The notes under the pieces were generated by a model, which did not search any database, had not been told where the DNA came from, and saw only the letters and a program-made list of their open reading frames with translations. Shown here piece by piece: positions 24,758-35,267 of a DNA stretch of 48,717 bases. The DNA is taken from the NCBI GenBank assembly GCA_001600815.1, contig BCKZ01000001.1, positions 2,080,804 through 2,129,520 of the forward strand, given 5' to 3'. The stretch is from Alloascoidea hylecoeti (taxonomy: Eukaryota). Numbering within the stretch: position 1 is the stretch's first letter; every line of letters begins with the position of its first letter. The position numbers and the translations under genes are program-made.

Positions 24758-24992
24758 TCTGTGGCATATTTTACACGAAATGAAATAAAATGATTTTCTT
24801 TTTTGTTATTTTCCTTTAAATCTTGTAGTAATTAATTTTTGGATATAACGAATATAATGGAAATACAAAGCAGAAAGGGAAAATCAAAATGAAATGGAGG
24901 AGGGCACGTGAAGGTCAGGTGCGTAACAAGATAATAACTTAATAAGAAAGATATATATCATTTTTTTACCGTTTTATACCATCTTCAGATAT
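24758..24992. promoter_or_regulatory. Bidirectional promoter kinase/MET7 with CACGTGA
   Basis: Divergent ATGs about 235 bp apart; CACGTGA at 24905-24911 is followed directly by AGGTCAGG at 24912-24919. Confidence 0.7.
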
Positions 24993-26601
24993 ATGATTAA
25001 ATCAAAAATGGTCGCTAGAACGTATGCTGTAAGCTATTACCATTCTAATTATTCTTATTTATATACATTTCAAACTAACCCATAAAACAGGATGCTGTGA
25101 ATGCTCTAAATTCACTTCAATCAAACTTTGCAACCATTGAAGCTGTCAGAAAATCAGGAAACAGAAAAAATGTAAGGGGGATTCTGGAAATGGCTGAATG
25201 GGCAAGAAGAATTGGTTATAAAGTATGTTTTTTCACTCTGTTTAATTTCTTATTTATGGAAAACTAACAAATAAACAAATAAAGCCGTCTGATTTTGACT
25301 CATTGAATATTATTCATGTTACTGGTACTAAAGGTAAAGGATCAACATGCGCATTTACACAATCAATCCTTCAACAATATCAACCATCTCTAATTAAAAA
25401 AATTGGTTTGTATACTTCTCCTCATTTAAAATCTGTATGTGAAAGAATTTCAATTGACGGGAAACCAATCAATGAACAATTATTTGCAAAATATTTCTTT
25501 GAAATTTGGGATAAATTATCAACAACAAAATCAGATGTAAATGAATTTCCAACATTAAGTGAAAATGAAAAACCTGCCTATTTTAAATATTTAACTTTAT
25601 TATCCTTTTATATCTTTTTAAAAGAAGGTGTTGATACTGCTATTTATGAAGTTGGAGTTGGTGGTGAATTAGATTCTACAAATATCATACATAAACCAAC
25701 CGTTACTGGCGTTTCTGCTCTAGGGATTGATCATACTTTCATGCTAGGTAGCACTTTAAAAGAAATAGCTTGGAATAAAGGTGGGATTTTTAAAAATGGT
25801 GCAAAGGCATTCTCTGTTAATCAACCAAAGGAAGGCTTAGATGAATTAAAGGTTAGAGCAAAGGAAAAAGATACCACTTTAACAATTGTTGAACAAAATC
25901 CATTACTTGATAATATCAGACTTGGTATATCTGGTGATTTTCAAAAATCAAATGCTTCTTTAGCAATTGAATTATCAAAGGAGCATTTAAATAAATTAAA
26001 TATTAAGATCGATTCAAATAATGGAACTTTGCCAAAAGAATTCATAAAAGGTTTAGAAAATGCAAATTGGCCAGGTCGTTGTCAAACAATCATTGAAGGT
26101 AATATCAATTGGTATATCGATGGAGCACATACTAGAGAAAGCATTATTGCCTCGACAAATTGGTTTAAGACTATAACTTCTAAAAATATAACACATCGTA
26201 TTTTACTGTTCAATCAACAAACCCGTGACGCCAATTCATTAATTAACCATTTAAATGGGGTGCTACAACCTGAGGATATTAAATTTACGGAAGCGATTTT
26301 TACAACAAATAAGACTTTTTCAAATGGAGCTTATAAGCCTGATTTGTTATCATTAAATACTTCAAAGGAACAGGTTGATGATCTGACAATTCAAAAAGAT
26401 TTAAAAGAAAATTGGAACAAGAATATCGATTCTAATACAAAAACTTTTATCTTTAAAGATATTGAGGATTCTATTAATTTGATTAGAAAACTTTCAAATG
26501 ATGTTAAAAATGAAGAAAATGGAATTGAGAATGTAATTGATGTTTTTGTAACTGGTAGTTTACATCTTGTCGGTGGTGTTTTGGTAGTTTTAGATAAATA
26601 A
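24993..26601 (+). CDS. MET7: Folylpolyglutamate synthetase
   Basis: Exons 24993 (or ATG 25008)-25028, 25091-25222 and 25285-26601. Motifs: RTYADAVNALNSLQSN, IHVTGTKGKGSTC, YTSPHL, DGAHT, VTGSLHLVGG. Confidence 0.95.
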
Positions 26602-26876
26602 ATTTTAGATTATAAATATAGAATAACAAGTTAAATTGATCTTCTGATTGTTTCGGATTGCTAATATTATAATATATTGTATGTAGATCAGTTGATATAA
26701 TGATAATATAAGAATGAGAATATCCGATATAGGCTCATATGGCGATATAACAGCAGTGTTAGTGCATATGGGGGTGTTACCGCGGTTGTCATATGTAAAC
26801 TCTAGCATTAAACTTTTGTATAAGAAGGTTTTCCAAGCCTATTTTCTACATCAACAATTGATTGCTACTGAACAAA

Positions 26877-27914
26877 ATGTCCTTCAATCCAGATAATGAA
26901 CCATATAATAATCCATCGGTATCAAGAAAAGTTGCCTTTATAACAGGTGGACATTCAGGAATTGGGTTTTATACGGTTCTTCATTTATACCTTCATGGTT
27001 ATGATGTTTATTTAGTTGGTCGTTCAAGGTCAAAAATGGAAGAAGCAATCATTAATATTAAAAAGGAAGCAGAAAAAAGAAGAGAATCTCAATTTGAAAA
27101 GGATAATTCTTTAAAAAATTCAAGATTTTTAGGTAAAAAATTAGATATTATTATGATTGATTTATTAGATTTAAAATCAGTTGAAGATGGTATTAAAGAT
27201 TTTATTTCAAAAGAAGATAAACTTGATTTACTTATTAATAATGCTGGTATTATGGGACAAGAATTTGAATTAACTAAAGATAATTTTGATATTCAATTAC
27301 AAACAAGTTATATCTCACATTTCTTAATAACTAATCGTCTTTTACCATTATTGAAAAAATCAATTGATAATGATCATGAACATAATAAATTACCATTACA
27401 ACAACCAAGAATTATAAATCTTTCATCGATTGCCCATATTTATTCATTTAAATATTTTCCAATGGATTCAACATTCAATTATAAACCAACTATCTTATTT
27501 ACTTGGTTTAGATATAGCAATGCAAAATTAGCAGAAATTCATGCTACAGAAATCTTAGCAAAGAAATATCCAGATATCTTATCACTTGTTGTTCATCCAG
27601 GTATAATAATGGAAACAAAACTATGGGGGCATTGGAGAGATGAAAATATTCTTGGTAAATATCTTTATAATCCTTTGTTTAATTTAGGAAGCAAATTATT
27701 TGGTGTCACAACTGAAGAAGGATCATACGCAACTTTGAAAGCTGCTTTATCTCCTTCTTTAACTACTGAAAAAGATAATGGTAAATACTTTGTTACTCTA
27801 GGTGTTGAGCAAAAAGCAAGTGGAATTGCTCGAAATATGGATTACGCTACAACTACTTGGAAATGGACTAACGATGAATTAGAAAAGAGAGGTTATCATC
27901 TGGACTGGAATTAG
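26877..27914 (+). CDS. ENV9: Short-chain dehydrogenase/reductase, Env9 type
   Basis: ATG at 26877 in AAAATG context. Motifs: TGGHSGIGFYTVLHLYLHG (Env9-like), LLINNAGIM, YSNAK (YxxxK), VHPG. Confidence 0.88.
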   Translation: MSFNPDNEPYNNPSVSRKVAFITGGHSGIGFYTVLHLYLHGYDVYLVGRSRSKMEEAIINIKKEAEKRRESQFEKDNSLKNSRFLGKKLDIIMIDLLDLKSVEDGIKDFISKEDKLDLLINNAGIMGQEFELTKDNFDIQLQTSYISHFLITNRLLPLLKKSIDNDHEHNKLPLQQPRIINLSSIAHIYSFKYFPMDSTFNYKPTILFTWFRYSNAKLAEIHATEILAKKYPDILSLVVHPGIIMETKLWGHWRDENILGKYLYNPLFNLGSKLFGVTTEEGSYATLKAALSPSLTTEKDNGKYFVTLGVEQKASGIARNMDYATTTWKWTNDELEKRGYHLDWN

Positions 27915-28712
27915 AGAAACAACAATTGGTTATATAAATATAACTCAAATGCAAATATATTATACAATTAGATAGTAATACGTAATAAGTTATATATCGA
28001 CAATACAGTATCAATTCATTTTTAATTAGATAAATATATAAGGTGAAAATCAAAAATCAAGCTCAAGGCATACTTTTTATAATTTGAAAAAATTTGAAAA
28101 AAATGTAAACCTACACGTATTCTTATAAATAGTTAACTGAATAACCCATTTGCATCTTAAATATGAGTCGCAACTCCCGTGTTTTAAGCTCTAGATCTTC
28201 CAGAAAATATACTTAAACATAATTGCTCATTAATATTGAATATTAAACTTAAGCTGAACCTTGAAATAATGATATTGGTGGTTGAGCTTGGAAGGTGGAA
28301 TTCAAAGTTGCAACGTTGTCCTGTCTGAATACACTCATTTCACTTAATTTAGGCCATTAAGGATACAAATTTTTGCCCATATCCATATACAATTTTACCC
28401 AAAGCTGTTCCATATCTTTGTTTATTAACGGGTCATACGAGTAGTAAATTACTAATTACCATGATATCATAGTATATAAATACATCTATGTTAATTGCCA
28501 CAAACTTTCAGATAATAGTTACTTGCAAAATACTTAAGGGGAAGTTTGCATGTAAGGCTACCGTATCGTAAATCCACAAACCTACTGGTAAATTAATCCG
28601 GGTGATATTTTTTGTCAACGTTAATTTAGCCATGGCAATATAATTTATATTTATAATACGCTGTTCTTTAAATTTTTCATATTCATTCATTTATCAATCT
28701 CAATATATATAA

Positions 28713-29756
28713 ATGGACTCATTTCTAAAAGAATTACCTAAATGTGAACATCATGTTCATATTGAAGGAACTTTATCCCCAGAACTTTTATTCAAATTGG
28801 CCCAAAGAAACAATATCATACTACCATCAACTTTCCCACAAACAGTGCCGGATTTATATGAGAAATATGTAAAATTTTCAAACCTACAAGAATTTTTAGA
28901 TTCTTATTATATTGGAATGTCAGTCTTAATTCATGAAAATGATTTCGAAGAATTAACTTATAATTACTTTAAACATGCTTATGAGGATGGTGTTCAACAT
29001 ACAGAAATTTTCTTCGACCCACAGGCCCATTTAGTTCGAGGAATTGATTTTGAATTATTAATTAATGGCTTTAATAGAGGTAAAAAAAGAGCAGAACAGG
29101 ATTTTGGTATATCTTCAAAACTTATTATGTGTTTATTACGCCATTTACCAGGTATTGATGGTTTAAAAACAATCGATTTGGCAGAATCTTTTTATAGAAG
29201 TGGTGATATTAATGGTTTAGGATTAGATTCTTCAGAATTAGGATTTCCTCCTGAATTATTTAAGGAATGTTATGAAAAAGTGCGAAATTTTAACATAGAG
29301 GGTATTAATTATACAGCACACGCTAGTGAGGAAGGTCCTGCTCAATATACTAAAGATGCTTTAGATCTTTTAAAAGTTGAAAGAATCGATCATGGATATA
29401 GAACAAGTACTGATGATGATCTATTAAAAAGATTATCAAAGGAAAGAATAATGCTATCAATCTGTCCCTATTCAAATCTGAAGTTAAGTGGAATTGATTC
29501 TATAAAAGATTTACCGCTACAGAAGTTTTTGGATTTTGATGTTCCTTTTAGTATTAATAGTGATGATCCAGCTTATTTTGGTAATAATTACTGCCTTGAT
29601 AATTATAAAGCAGTACATGAAGCTTTTGGGTTCTCTATTGAGACATGGTGTAAGATTGCTTATAATTCAATTGAAGGCAGTTGGATTACAAACGAAAGGA
29701 AAAATGATTTAAAAGAAAAAGTCGATATAGTGAAAAAGAAATATTTGTCATTATAG
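28713..29756 (+). CDS. AAH1: Adenine deaminase
   Basis: Motifs LPKCEHHVHIEGTL, EIFFDPQAH, TAHASEEGP, RIDHG, CPYSNLKL, INSDDPAYFG. Confidence 0.95.
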   Translation: MDSFLKELPKCEHHVHIEGTLSPELLFKLAQRNNIILPSTFPQTVPDLYEKYVKFSNLQEFLDSYYIGMSVLIHENDFEELTYNYFKHAYEDGVQHTEIFFDPQAHLVRGIDFELLINGFNRGKKRAEQDFGISSKLIMCLLRHLPGIDGLKTIDLAESFYRSGDINGLGLDSSELGFPPELFKECYEKVRNFNIEGINYTAHASEEGPAQYTKDALDLLKVERIDHGYRTSTDDDLLKRLSKERIMLSICPYSNLKLSGIDSIKDLPLQKFLDFDVPFSINSDDPAYFGNNYCLDNYKAVHEAFGFSIETWCKIAYNSIEGSWITNERKNDLKEKVDIVKKKYLSL

Positions 29757-29985
29757 GCTGTGGAATAAATATAATATATTATTTTCTATTTTTATCTTTA
29801 TTTATTAATATATATATCCGTTAGAGTATCCGATTTTTTTGTCGGGCCGGGCCCATGTAGTGCCTGGTCGTTTCCAGACCAACGGAAACCTAATAATCAG
29901 ATCTTATAAAAAGCGTTATTTCCCCGTCTTTCTTTCTTGCTTCTTCATTTATTTATTCTTCTAATTTAATCGATCTACTAATACA

Positions 29986-30468
29986 ATGGGTGAAGCTGAT
30001 TCTTTTTATGGTTCTTCCGATAGGGACAGAGACAACAATCGTGGACAATATAATCAAAACCAAGGTTACCAACAATCTCAACAAGGTCAAGAAGGACAAG
30101 AAGGTGAGCGTGGTGTTGGAGGAGCAATTGTTGGTGGTATTGCCGGTGGGGTTTTAGGTAAACTTATGGGACACACGAAATCCGGTGCTGCCGCTGGCGC
30201 AATGGCCGGTCTCTTTGATCACCAAATTAAGGACAAACTTACTGGTGGGAGCAATAACCAACAACAACAATATGACCAATATAATAATAATAATCAAGGG
30301 TACAATCAAGGTTACAATAACCAAGGCTATGGTGGCTATAATGATGGATCCGGAAGAGGATTACCTCCTCAAGGTCCACCCCAAGGTCCTCCTCCTGGTT
30401 ATCCACCCCAAGGTCCTCCTCCCGGTGGTTTTTATAACGGTCCGGGTGGTCCAGGCGGTCGTTGGTAA
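29986..30468 (+). CDS. Gly/Gln/Asn-rich glycine-zipper protein, S. cerevisiae YNL208W-like
   Basis: N-terminal FY, GERGVGGAIVGGIAGG glycine zipper, Q/N/Y/G-rich region, PPQG repeats and C-terminal GGRW. TATAAAA lies upstream at about 29905. Confidence 0.8.
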   Translation: MGEADSFYGSSDRDRDNNRGQYNQNQGYQQSQQGQEGQEGERGVGGAIVGGIAGGVLGKLMGHTKSGAAAGAMAGLFDHQIKDKLTGGSNNQQQQYDQYNNNNQGYNQGYNNQGYGGYNDGSGRGLPPQGPPQGPPPGYPPQGPPPGGFYNGPGGPGGRW

Positions 30469-31703
30469 TTATAAAATAAACCTCCAACCAGATCATAAAA
30501 CAGCTTTATGACGCTATTTCTGCGTGTCTATATAAAACTTATATGTTGCATCGCAGAATTATTAAATATTATTGTCTTCTTTTTAATGTCTTTTGTTTTA
30601 ACCAAAAAAAATTATTCGTTTTACAGTGGTTCAAATCTTTAAAAGAAACCACACAAAAAAACATTTTATTTTACATTAATTATAAATATTATAAGTTTTT
30701 TATTTATTATGTAAATCGTATATAAGCGAGGTGTAACTTATATTTTAATCGAAAAAAATTGTTAAAAACTACATTTGAAATAGATGATACATGTGAAACA
30801 AGTTGACAATGAGGTTTATCGTAGGGTTAATTAGACAAATTACATCTACCGTAATACACTCATAAATTTATAATAGATCGATGTAGTTTGCAAGCATTTT
30901 AATTCAAAGGTACGGTTAATTGATAAAGCTTAGGGTTCGCTAACTATTACATGTATAATTATCATGTTGACAATACCTATATAATCCCAGAATAATTAGT
31001 GCAAAACATACGGCAAATATTAGTAATCATTTCAGAAGCTATTTACCAGAGAGATTATTTATCAGTGAAATTGTGAAGAATTATCGGTAGTTGGAGTAGT
31101 AATTCTTCAGTCGGCGGAATCTCTTACGTAGACGAATATTCTAGTTCTTATTTGTTCTAAAATCTTCCATTTAGTGCTATAAAGAAGCTTAAGCTCAAGG
31201 TGGATCAAATTTAAATAGATAGAACGGGAACTTCAATCCGTGTTGCAATCAAGTTGGGAAGCTTAAGTCACTACTTTAAGTCTCCACTACTCTAGACAAG
31301 TTTTCTTTGCGCCTTCATTATATATCCCTATTCTCTGGTATATCAATGATGAACCATTTGATTAGCTCTCATTTTTTGGTTTTTGACACATTTAACAGCA
31401 ATATTACATGTAATTGAAGCCATCTAAACTTCAGGGTTTTCCAAAGAGGCATTTATTTAAATGAGAATATCTATATAATGAATTGGTTCTATTGAAGGTT
31501 TTGTGGAACGTATATCAGGGGTCATTTATTAAAAGCGTAATAATGCATTGAATTAACACTAGCCGCCTACAGAACTCTATTTGTAGTTTGATATTCTTAT
31601 AAATATGCACGATTACCACTCTTTTTTAGTACCATGAACCCGTATTTATTTTGTTCACTTTGCTATCTACCCTTTTATTTATCTTATAAAATTTAATCCA
31701 AAA

Positions 31704-33785
31704 ATGATATTATCGGTGACAGACCTCCCAGATGAAATCATAAGTCTCATATATTGTTATCTTCCTCTACTTGATAGTTATAACTTCAGCCGCATCTGCA
31801 AGAGCATATTCTACAAAAATTATTATAATAATGAAGATCGTATTCCTAACTTCGATATGGTTTTAATGTTTCGAACGGTAGAAAACAGTCACCTCCCTAG
31901 TATTCAATTAAGGAAAAAATGTCATAAAATTAGAGAAAACCTATCGAGAAAAACAGAGATCATTAATGTTACCGATTTTAATATTTTCAAATGTCCAGAT
32001 TTTAAAAGGATAATTACTCCAGCTAGAGCAAGTTTAGATAAAATTATCGATGGGCATTCCGTAAACAGAAGAGACTCAGAAATATTGTCTCTTGTTGGAC
32101 CTGGAAGCTTTGACCTTAATCTTGTAAATTGGGATTTTGAAATTGATGATGATGATAGCGATACTGCTATTTCTAGAAATGTTGATGATGATGTTGCTAT
32201 TTCCCAACATGATGCCGAAACGTCAACACTCGTTCAATTGATTTCCTGTAGAAGTGTGATGAATTCAGTCAAAGGTCGGAATATGTTTACAATAAAGGAA
32301 CCTACTACACTTCTTGCTAAACTACTCAAAAATACTACTAGACTTTCTCGAACATTAGATTTATACGACTGGGAAAATATCGCACTAGTTGAAAGGATCG
32401 AGAAACATTGGAGCATGAACATAGATTTCGACAAGTGTAAGATCACCGAAAAATTAATTTATAGGAGTAATAATGGAAGTGAAAACGAAATTGATGAAGA
32501 TGATGAGAACTTTGATAATGACCGAGATGAAGATATAAGCAACGATGAAGAAAACACTGTACCTAGTAATACCACTAATGATCGGAACATTGATAATGAA
32601 TCATACAATTCTCAGGATGATAATAGTAATAACGAACTTAGAGATAATTCTAGTGAAGATATGGAAACCGAAGGTGTTGAAACATATAAGCAAAATGAGT
32701 TTGAAATAAGTAGACTGAAATATTTGGAATTTATTTCTGCTACTTTTGAAAATTATATAGTTTTGTTTACCAGTATTGGGACCAAACCAAATGTCATTTC
32801 TTGTTATATGGTCAACGATCACGACGAATCTGAGTCTGAATCTGGGTCCATTTCTGAGCCTATTTCTGAGTCAGATAAAGAATCTACATTAATCTGGGAA
32901 AACAAGTTTATTGATAATCAACAGTTGGAACTGTCCGCTGGATTTACTTCATCTATTAAAGTCAGCGGCCATTTTGTTTTCGTATCTTTTGAAGATAATG
33001 ATTCACCCGAAACTATTGGTTATTATGTCTTCTCATTAGAAACAGGTAAGCTTTTAGGATCATTCAAACTCAAACCCGATGATAAGGAACTTAATGATAT
33101 GGGGTATGCCTACGAAAGGAGTGAAATTAGTATTCTTGGAACTCATATATTTCTCGATAGATATTTCTACCAAGATAATGGAATAGGGGAATATCCATCA
33201 TGGTATCAATTGCTATCAATGCCTGTTGAATCATTCATAAGTCAACTAGATACAAAATGTATTCATAGCGAGATTGTTATTACTACCACCTTCCAAGACC
33301 AATCTTATACATCTTCTAAAAATCATCTTCTAGAAAGTATGCATATGCATAGGATATCAACAAAGACGGAATCTAAATACAGAGCAGATAATTTTGAAGA
33401 GTCTGGTTGGAAAATAATATTTCAAACACCTCCAATTAGAGATTTACGTCGAACATTAGATTATGAGGAAATCACTTGTCTCGATATTATTCCTTATTTC
33501 TGGGGAAATATAATAGCTCTTCTGATTCTTTACGAAGTGGATGATCCTCGTTATCCCGAAGACGAATTGGAATTTTTATTTCTATGTGATACAGTATCGG
33601 GTGAACGTAAATATATCGAATTCGGATACTGGGATCGAAACGTTCACGGAGGAATAATGTTAGTTGATGACAGGATGAATTTTGTGATGTTAGGTGATGG
33701 ATTTGTAGAAGTTCCATTGGGCATAGAAGATATTGATGTGGATACTGAAGACATAACAAATGATCGTAGAATTCATGTAGCATAA
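31704..33785 (+). CDS. Orphan F-box protein, acidic
   Basis: N-terminal F-box (DLPDEIISLIYCYLPLLDSYNFSRICK) in a 693-aa intronless ORF with an Asp/Glu/Asn-rich insert. The C-terminal domain was not recognised. Confidence 0.75.
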   Translation: MILSVTDLPDEIISLIYCYLPLLDSYNFSRICKSIFYKNYYNNEDRIPNFDMVLMFRTVENSHLPSIQLRKKCHKIRENLSRKTEIINVTDFNIFKCPDFKRIITPARASLDKIIDGHSVNRRDSEILSLVGPGSFDLNLVNWDFEIDDDDSDTAISRNVDDDVAISQHDAETSTLVQLISCRSVMNSVKGRNMFTIKEPTTLLAKLLKNTTRLSRTLDLYDWENIALVERIEKHWSMNIDFDKCKITEKLIYRSNNGSENEIDEDDENFDNDRDEDISNDEENTVPSNTTNDRNIDNESYNSQDDNSNNELRDNSSEDMETEGVETYKQNEFEISRLKYLEFISATFENYIVLFTSIGTKPNVISCYMVNDHDESESESGSISEPISESDKESTLIWENKFIDNQQLELSAGFTSSIKVSGHFVFVSFEDNDSPETIGYYVFSLETGKLLGSFKLKPDDKELNDMGYAYERSEISILGTHIFLDRYFYQDNGIGEYPSWYQLLSMPVESFISQLDTKCIHSEIVITTTFQDQSYTSSKNHLLESMHMHRISTKTESKYRADNFEESGWKIIFQTPPIRDLRRTLDYEEITCLDIIPYFWGNIIALLILYEVDDPRYPEDELEFLFLCDTVSGERKYIEFGYWDRNVHGGIMLVDDRMNFVMLGDGFVEVPLGIEDIDVDTEDITNDRRIHVA

Positions 33786-34229
33786 ATGTTATGTTTAAAT
33801 TTTATAGGAAATATGGAGAATGTGTATAATATAGCAACTGATCGCGATTACATAGCTATAAGTTTTATGGCCCAATTGGAAGTCTAATTATTTGAATACA
33901 TAAATAAACTACATATTTTAAAAATGGTAATTTGCACCAATGAGTAGTTATCTTGAAAGGTAGTGATAACTTTCAATCATACGTATTGGCCTCTCTTTCG
34001 ATTGTTCATTTCCAAAAAAAGTTATGACTCTGAAAAAAGTATTAACTTCGACTTTATGTCAAACTTTAATCACAAAACTAGTAGGATTTCTGGTGAGCAA
34101 TTCAACCCTGAGATGGTCCATTGAATCCGATAAGAAAATGATTTTGAGCTCTCTAATTGCTAAATTTCTGTAAAAGCAAATATTATCAACACTGCAGTCT
34201 GTATATTCTTCATATGATTCTACCTCCTA

Positions 34230-34500
34230 CGTGGAAGAAAGCCAATAACTACACACCTAAGCACTTGGCATGTTTGGCACTTGCTGACCGTGACTGGCAT
34301 TGTCACAATCTCGTGCTGCCTAGATACAAAGCAAAAGAAAGTCCTTTACCTCGTCGACAAGATTGGCGAAATGTTCGGACTCGAGATAATTTTCATACAA
34401 AATAATGCTCCCACAAAACTGGTGATATCATACGTGGTTGGAAGAGGAGATAATTGAAGTGATATACATGCCACAGATTCAGCCGAGAATATTCATCCTG
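34230..34500 (+). mobile_element. Degenerate Tc1/mariner-IS630 DDE transposase relic
   Basis: RGRKPITT...HVWHLLTVTGI...IIFIQNNAP, then a frameshift to WLEEEIIEVIYMP. The order is colinear with Tc1 motifs GRPRKTT, MVWG..S..G, FQQDNAP.H and WL....IEVL.WP. Confidence 0.55.
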
Positions 34501-35267
34501 ATATGCTGTCATAAGAGGTCACGACCTTTGTTTTCCTTCATACAAAGTATTTTCCTACTTTAATAAAATTAATGGAAGTGTTAATCTGAAATTACTGAAT
34601 TGATATCCAATAGGCAGTGTTATTTGGGTGTACGAATGTCCAAGGAGACGAGCTCAAAAATCTATAATAATGTGTTGATAAAAAATTTATGCTAATTGAA
34701 TTAATCACTCGAATATAAAATTGTAGACACACTTACTGTTCATCAATTTACCAATCACAGTGTTCATATGTATAAGCTTTTATAGGAATTTTGTATGTTT
34801 AAAACTCATATAATAGAGAAGGTCTAGAACGAATCGGATTGTAAGTTACAAGGAATACAGCGATCGATCTTTTTTATATCATATTCCATTTAATTTCCAA
34901 ACCAAAGTCTAACAGTTAAATTATATTATACCACACGAAACAATATTATATTGCAATTGATATCGATATCCGTTTTGAAACTATACTATTATAAGGTATT
35001 TTCTTGATGTCAAGGGGTTTGAATCATGGGATAGAAGATTAAGAGCAGATGAATGTCCATCTTATATAAGTTAGTTATACTAAGCTGTCTATTTAAAACG
35101 AGGCTCAAATGATGTGACAAATCCTCAAGTCAATCAAATTAACGTTAGTAATGTTACCTTACACCCAGCCACTCAACTGGAAAAAATATAAATTTCACCA
35201 AACCTTTTTAAGTTTCATTTTCCTCCATTTTTTTTTTAGCTATATAAGATTCTTTCTGGATTATATA

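Noticed and set aside
9189..33785. CUE1, CDC4, UBC6 relics and the F-box gene as a ubiquitin-system cluster
   Set aside because: They are non-contiguous, belong to different pathways (ERAD versus SCF) and come from large gene classes, so chance is sufficient.
35151..35267. Upstream ATG giving the RNase III a hydrophobic N-terminal extension
   Set aside because: The extension is T-rich, promoter-like sequence translating to poly-Phe. ATG 35268 has a better context and begins with an NLS-like KRK.
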